The translations under genes were made by a program, and so were the position numbers. Below are positions 57,458-60,266 of a stretch of 60,266 bases of DNA, in pieces. The DNA lies in NCBI GenBank assembly GCA_964406665.1, contig CAYOSQ010000011.1:1-60266 (forward strand), given 5' to 3'. The stretch's first letter is position 1. Each line of letters starts with the position of its first letter. This DNA is from an uncultured Planctomycetia bacterium (GTDB lineage Bacteria; Omnitrophota; Gorgyraeia; VGKH01; JBHPFN01). The notes under the pieces are model-generated. The model was not told where the DNA came from. It saw only the letters and a program-made list of their open reading frames with translations, and ran no database searches.

Positions 57458-58303
57458 ATGGAATCAATAAAAGCGTATATAAAAGAAATACGGGGTATTC
57501 CGCTATTAAAGGCCGAGGAGGAAATTTCTCTTTCGAAATTGATTAAAAAGGGAAATGAGCCTGCACGAAAAAAGATGATTCGTTCAAATTTGCGCTTGGT
57601 AATTAGTATTGCCAAGCGCTATATGCATTTAGGTATCCCCTTGATGGATTTGATAGAAGAGGGGAATATCGGTCTTATGCGTGCAGTAGATAAATTTAAT
57701 CCTAAAAAGGGATATCGATTTTCTACATATGGTGCTTGGTGGATTAAACAAAGTATTTCCCGGGCAATAGTCGAACAGGGAAAAATTATCCGCATACCTG
57801 TTTATATGAATGAAGAAATCGTTAAGTGGAAAAAAGCTACTGATCAACTTACTCAGAAGTTTGGTAGAAAGCCTACAGATGCGGAGGTTGCTAAGAAAAT
57901 GCGGCTACCTATTGCTAAGGTCAGAAGTATTGGTAAATGGATTACAAAAACATCTAGCCTAGAGGCTCCTATAGGAGATAATAAAGAAGGTCAGGTTAAG
58001 GATTTGATCGAAGATGAAAGTTTGGTTTCTCCCGATAAAGAATTGGAGAATTTTCTTAATCGTGAAAGGGCAATTGATTTATTGGGTATTATGAATAAAA
58101 AAGAACAAAATGTTCTTAATTTGCGATTTGGTTTATCTGATGGAGATTCTCGAACACTTGCTCAGATTGCTAATAAGATGAATATTTCCAGAGAACGCGT
58201 CCGTCAGATTGAAGAAGCGGCACTGAAAAAGCTGCGCAAAATTATTACCGAAGAAGAAAAAGGAATTATGGAAGGTAAGGAAGAAAATAAAAATAATGAA
58301 TAA
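57458..58303 (+). CDS. RNA polymerase sigma-70 family factor (RpoD/RpoS-like, regions 1.2-4, no region 1.1)
   Basis: Region 2 (DLIEEGNIGLMRAVDKFNP..GYRFSTYGAWWIKQ), region 3 and region 4 (LAQIANKMNISRERVRQIE). Confidence 0.9.
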   Translation: MESIKAYIKEIRGIPLLKAEEEISLSKLIKKGNEPARKKMIRSNLRLVISIAKRYMHLGIPLMDLIEEGNIGLMRAVDKFNPKKGYRFSTYGAWWIKQSISRAIVEQGKIIRIPVYMNEEIVKWKKATDQLTQKFGRKPTDAEVAKKMRLPIAKVRSIGKWITKTSSLEAPIGDNKEGQVKDLIEDESLVSPDKELENFLNRERAIDLLGIMNKKEQNVLNLRFGLSDGDSRTLAQIANKMNISRERVRQIEEAALKKLRKIITEEEKGIMEGKEENKNNE

Positions 58304-59168
58304 AATCTTTATTTTAATTATTCCCCGTTTCGAAGATATATTCCACTCATATTATTCCTCAGAGATTATTAAAGGTGTTAGCCTTGCTGCCAGTCGTCTA
58401 AAAGTTGATTTATTGATTCATATAACCGATAGACATAAGCATGAAGACTGGCTTTCGCACCCCATGCTTAATCCTAAGATAGTGGATGGAGTTATTTTTG
58501 GCGATATCAATGGCGATAGAGCAACATTGAAAAAGGTAGTAGCTAAAAATATTCCCTATATTGTAATGAATAATTATTTCGATGAACCCTTCAACTGCAT
58601 AGCTATTAATAATCTAGATTCATCAAAGGATGCTGTCAATTATCTTGTAGGATTAGGCCACAGAAGAATAGCTACGATAGCTGGAGATTTAACAACCCAA
58701 GCGGGTAAATATAGGTTAAGAGGATACAAGGAAGCTTTGAATAGTCATAAGATACCGATAAATGACAAGTATATTAAAGTTGGTTCTTTTATGAGAACTC
58801 CTGCACGTGAAGCAGCAGAAAAGCTATTAAGGTTAAAAGACAGGCCTACGGCAGTATTCGCCGCATCAGATGTAATGGCTCTTGAGTTGATGGATCTAGC
58901 TAAAAAACAGGCATTAAGAATTCCTCAGGATCTTTCTGTTGTTGGTTTTGATGACAACCCTATTCACACATACAGCAGTGTTGAGTTGACCACTATCGGG
59001 CAGCCTTTGATGGAAATGGGTCGGCTGGCTCTGGAAAACTTAAATCAGATAGTTCTGCGCAAAGCAAATATTCCGTTTAAGATGCTCTTGCCTACAAAAT
59101 TGATTAAACGTGATTCTTGTGCCATGCTTAAGAGCAAGTCAAAAAATACAAGAAAGGCTAAGTCATGA
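58296..59168 (+). CDS. LacI/PurR-type periplasmic-binding-fold sensor domain protein without the N-terminal HTH
   Basis: It aligns by eye with the LacI core from about residue 60 onward ([31 protein letters not shown]). The protein starts directly at the core, and its ATG overlaps the sigma-factor stop by 8 nt. Confidence 0.75.
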   Translation: MNKIFILIIPRFEDIFHSYYSSEIIKGVSLAASRLKVDLLIHITDRHKHEDWLSHPMLNPKIVDGVIFGDINGDRATLKKVVAKNIPYIVMNNYFDEPFNCIAINNLDSSKDAVNYLVGLGHRRIATIAGDLTTQAGKYRLRGYKEALNSHKIPINDKYIKVGSFMRTPAREAAEKLLRLKDRPTAVFAASDVMALELMDLAKKQALRIPQDLSVVGFDDNPIHTYSSVELTTIGQPLMEMGRLALENLNQIVLRKANIPFKMLLPTKLIKRDSCAMLKSKSKNTRKAKS

Positions 59169-59686
59169 AAAAAGCTGATCTAAAAAAATTCATAAGAGAT
59201 GTTCCTGATTTTCCTAAAGAAGGGATACTGTTTAAAGATATAACTACTTTATTGCAAGATAAAGTTGCTTTTAAAGAAGCTATGAATAAATTAACAAAAA
59301 AATTCAAGAAAGAGAACATTGATACTGTTGTTGCTGTGGAGGCAAGAGGTTTTATTTTTGGTGGTGCTTTAGCTTATAAGCTTAATGCCGGTTTTGTTCC
59401 CATAAGAAAAAAAGGAAAGCTTCCCTACAAGACGCATAGCATAACTTATGATTTGGAGTATGGCACTGATACATTGGAAATTCATGAAGATGCTATTAAG
59501 CCGGGTTCTAGAGTTTTGATTGTCGATGATCTTTTGGCAACTGGTGGAACTGTTAAAGCAACATCTGATTTGATAAAAAAGATTGATGGTAACATTGTTG
59601 GGATTTTGTTTTTGATTGAGTTGAAGTTTTTAAAAGGAATCAAGAAGTTAAAAGATTATCCGGTTTATTCTCTACTTAAGTATTAG
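59165..59686 (+). CDS. apt: adenine phosphoribosyltransferase
   Basis: PRPP motif [13 protein letters not shown] and the FKDIT N-terminus. Confidence 0.93.
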   Translation: MKKADLKKFIRDVPDFPKEGILFKDITTLLQDKVAFKEAMNKLTKKFKKENIDTVVAVEARGFIFGGALAYKLNAGFVPIRKKGKLPYKTHSITYDLEYGTDTLEIHEDAIKPGSRVLIVDDLLATGGTVKATSDLIKKIDGNIVGILFLIELKFLKGIKKLKDYPVYSLLKY

Positions 59687-59716
59687 TTCACTCCAAAAAA
59701 CATTCAAAGAATTTTT

Positions 59717-59792
59717 GCGCCTGTAGCTCATTTGGATAGAGCGGGGCCCTCCTAAGGCCCGTCTGTGGGAGGTTCGAATCCTCCCAGGCGCA
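59717..59792 (+). tRNA. tRNA-Arg (anticodon CCT)
   Basis: Acceptor GCGCCTG/CAGGCGC, D arm GCTC-ATTTGGATA-GAGC, anticodon stem GGGCC/GGCCC with loop CTCCTAA, T arm GGAGG-TTCGAAT-CCTCC, discriminator A. The variable region appears to be 7 nt. Confidence 0.85.
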
Positions 59793-59949
59793 TTTTTTTG
59801 CGCCAGTACTCTCTAGTTTTTCATGCTGAGTGCAGGTGCATTTTTTTGCGCCAGTACTCTCTAGTTTTTCATGCTGAGTGCAGGTGCATTTTTTTTGCGC
59901 CAGTACTCTCTAGTTTTTCATGCTGAGTGCAGGCGCATTTTTTTGCGCC
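59785..59949 (+). repeat. 3.3-copy tandem repeat (48/48/49 nt) starting inside the tRNA-Arg 3' end; each unit is a hairpin plus T7-8
   Basis: The unit is CAGGYGCA-T7/8-GCGCCAGTACTCTCTAGTTTTTCATGCTGAGTG, with copies starting at 59785, 59833, 59881 and (partial) 59930. The copies are near-identical. Confidence 0.9.
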
Positions 59950-59984
59950 TGTCCCAACTTATTCGGGGTAGACGTAGTTTACTT

Positions 59985-60266
59985 TTAGAGCTCTTCGAAA
60001 TCCTCGCTTAGCTTTTTTTCTATTTTATGGAACAACAACAATGTTTGAGGTTGGGTTAAATCCATTTCCGTAGCTATTTGTATAAGGCTGAGTTTTTGGT
60101 TATATAGTCGAAGTATTTTTGTTTCTTGTTCTGATAGCCTTTGGAGTTTTGTGTCTTCAGCTTGATCTGTAATTGCTTCATTATTCTTACAGAGAGAACC
60201 TCCGATTCCTTTGCAGTGTTGACAAAGACTTCCTAAGAATTTTCCTCTTCCGCCACAAATCGGACA
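59985..60266 (-). CDS. partial gene (C-terminal 93 aa): CxxCxGxG zinc-finger repeats followed by a LuxR/sigma-region-4-like HTH
   Basis: The minus-strand frame is open from the window edge to TAA (complement of 59985-87). Translation: CPICGGRGKFLGSLCQHCKGIGGSLC...LSEQETKILRLYNQKLSLIQIATEMDLTQPQTLLLFHKIEKKL. Confidence 0.5.
   Translation of the reverse strand, partial: CPICGGRGKFLGSLCQHCKGIGGSLCKNNEAITDQAEDTKLQRLSEQETKILRLYNQKLSLIQIATEMDLTQPQTLLLFHKIEKKLSEDFEEL

Noticed and set aside
59785-59949. The 48-nt repeats as a CRISPR array, or as att sites of an integrated element at tRNA-Arg.
   Set aside because: The units are contiguous with no spacers, so this is not CRISPR. No integrase or other mobile-element gene is visible in the remaining 300 nt, so an integrative-element interpretation cannot be supported from this window.

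Overview
This is a 60.3-kb, AT-rich, very tightly packed chromosomal segment with about 62 protein genes and 2 tRNAs. All genes are on the + strand except one helicase gene and a partial gene at the right edge. The standard bacterial code applies: TAA, TAG and TGA all end well-conserved genes. Many neighbouring genes overlap by 1, 4 or 8 nt, and strong AGGAGG-type ribosome-binding sites are common. Lipoproteins, an Mla system and a beta-barrel outer-membrane protein (OMP) indicate a diderm bacterium; I cannot assign a taxon without a database search.

Most of the window is ordinary housekeeping:
- Aspartate-family amino-acid genes: hom, thrC, an ApgM-like proposed homoserine kinase, lysC, cimA.
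- Four aminoacyl-tRNA synthetases: valS, hisS, aspS, glyQS.
- groESL behind a perfect CIRCE operator.
- A CBS-less IMP dehydrogenase (IMPDH)-family gene coupled to guaA.
- dnaE, uvrB, recO and hup.
- The phoH / 7TM-HD / ybeY trio.
- mlaEFD.
- Pantothenate, CoA and NAD genes: coaB, coaX, panE, panB, nadC.
- nfnAB-like genes, ppdK, a sigma-70 family factor and apt.

The only accessory-looking stretch is about 36.9-43.2 kb. It contains a convincing c-di-GMP-I (GEMM-I) riboswitch with an intrinsic terminator, upstream of a minimal propeptide-less secreted subtilase. Next come a FecR-domain protein, a beta-barrel OMP gene split by one in-frame TAA, and a small secreted protein, the FecR and OMP genes each behind its own near-consensus promoter. 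A lone opposite-strand archaeal-type Hel308/Ski2 helicase closes the stretch. Two stand-alone PilZ proteins elsewhere in the window also point to c-di-GMP signalling.

Other oddities:
- A bacterial-type AspRS that precisely lacks the GAD insertion domain.
- An HTH-less LacI-type sensor domain translationally coupled to the sigma factor.
- A 3.3-copy 48-nt tandem array of terminator-like hairpins that repeats the 3' end of tRNA-Arg.

I saw no CRISPR array, transposase, integrase or recognisable defence system. All calls rest on by-eye motif recognition; no searches were run.
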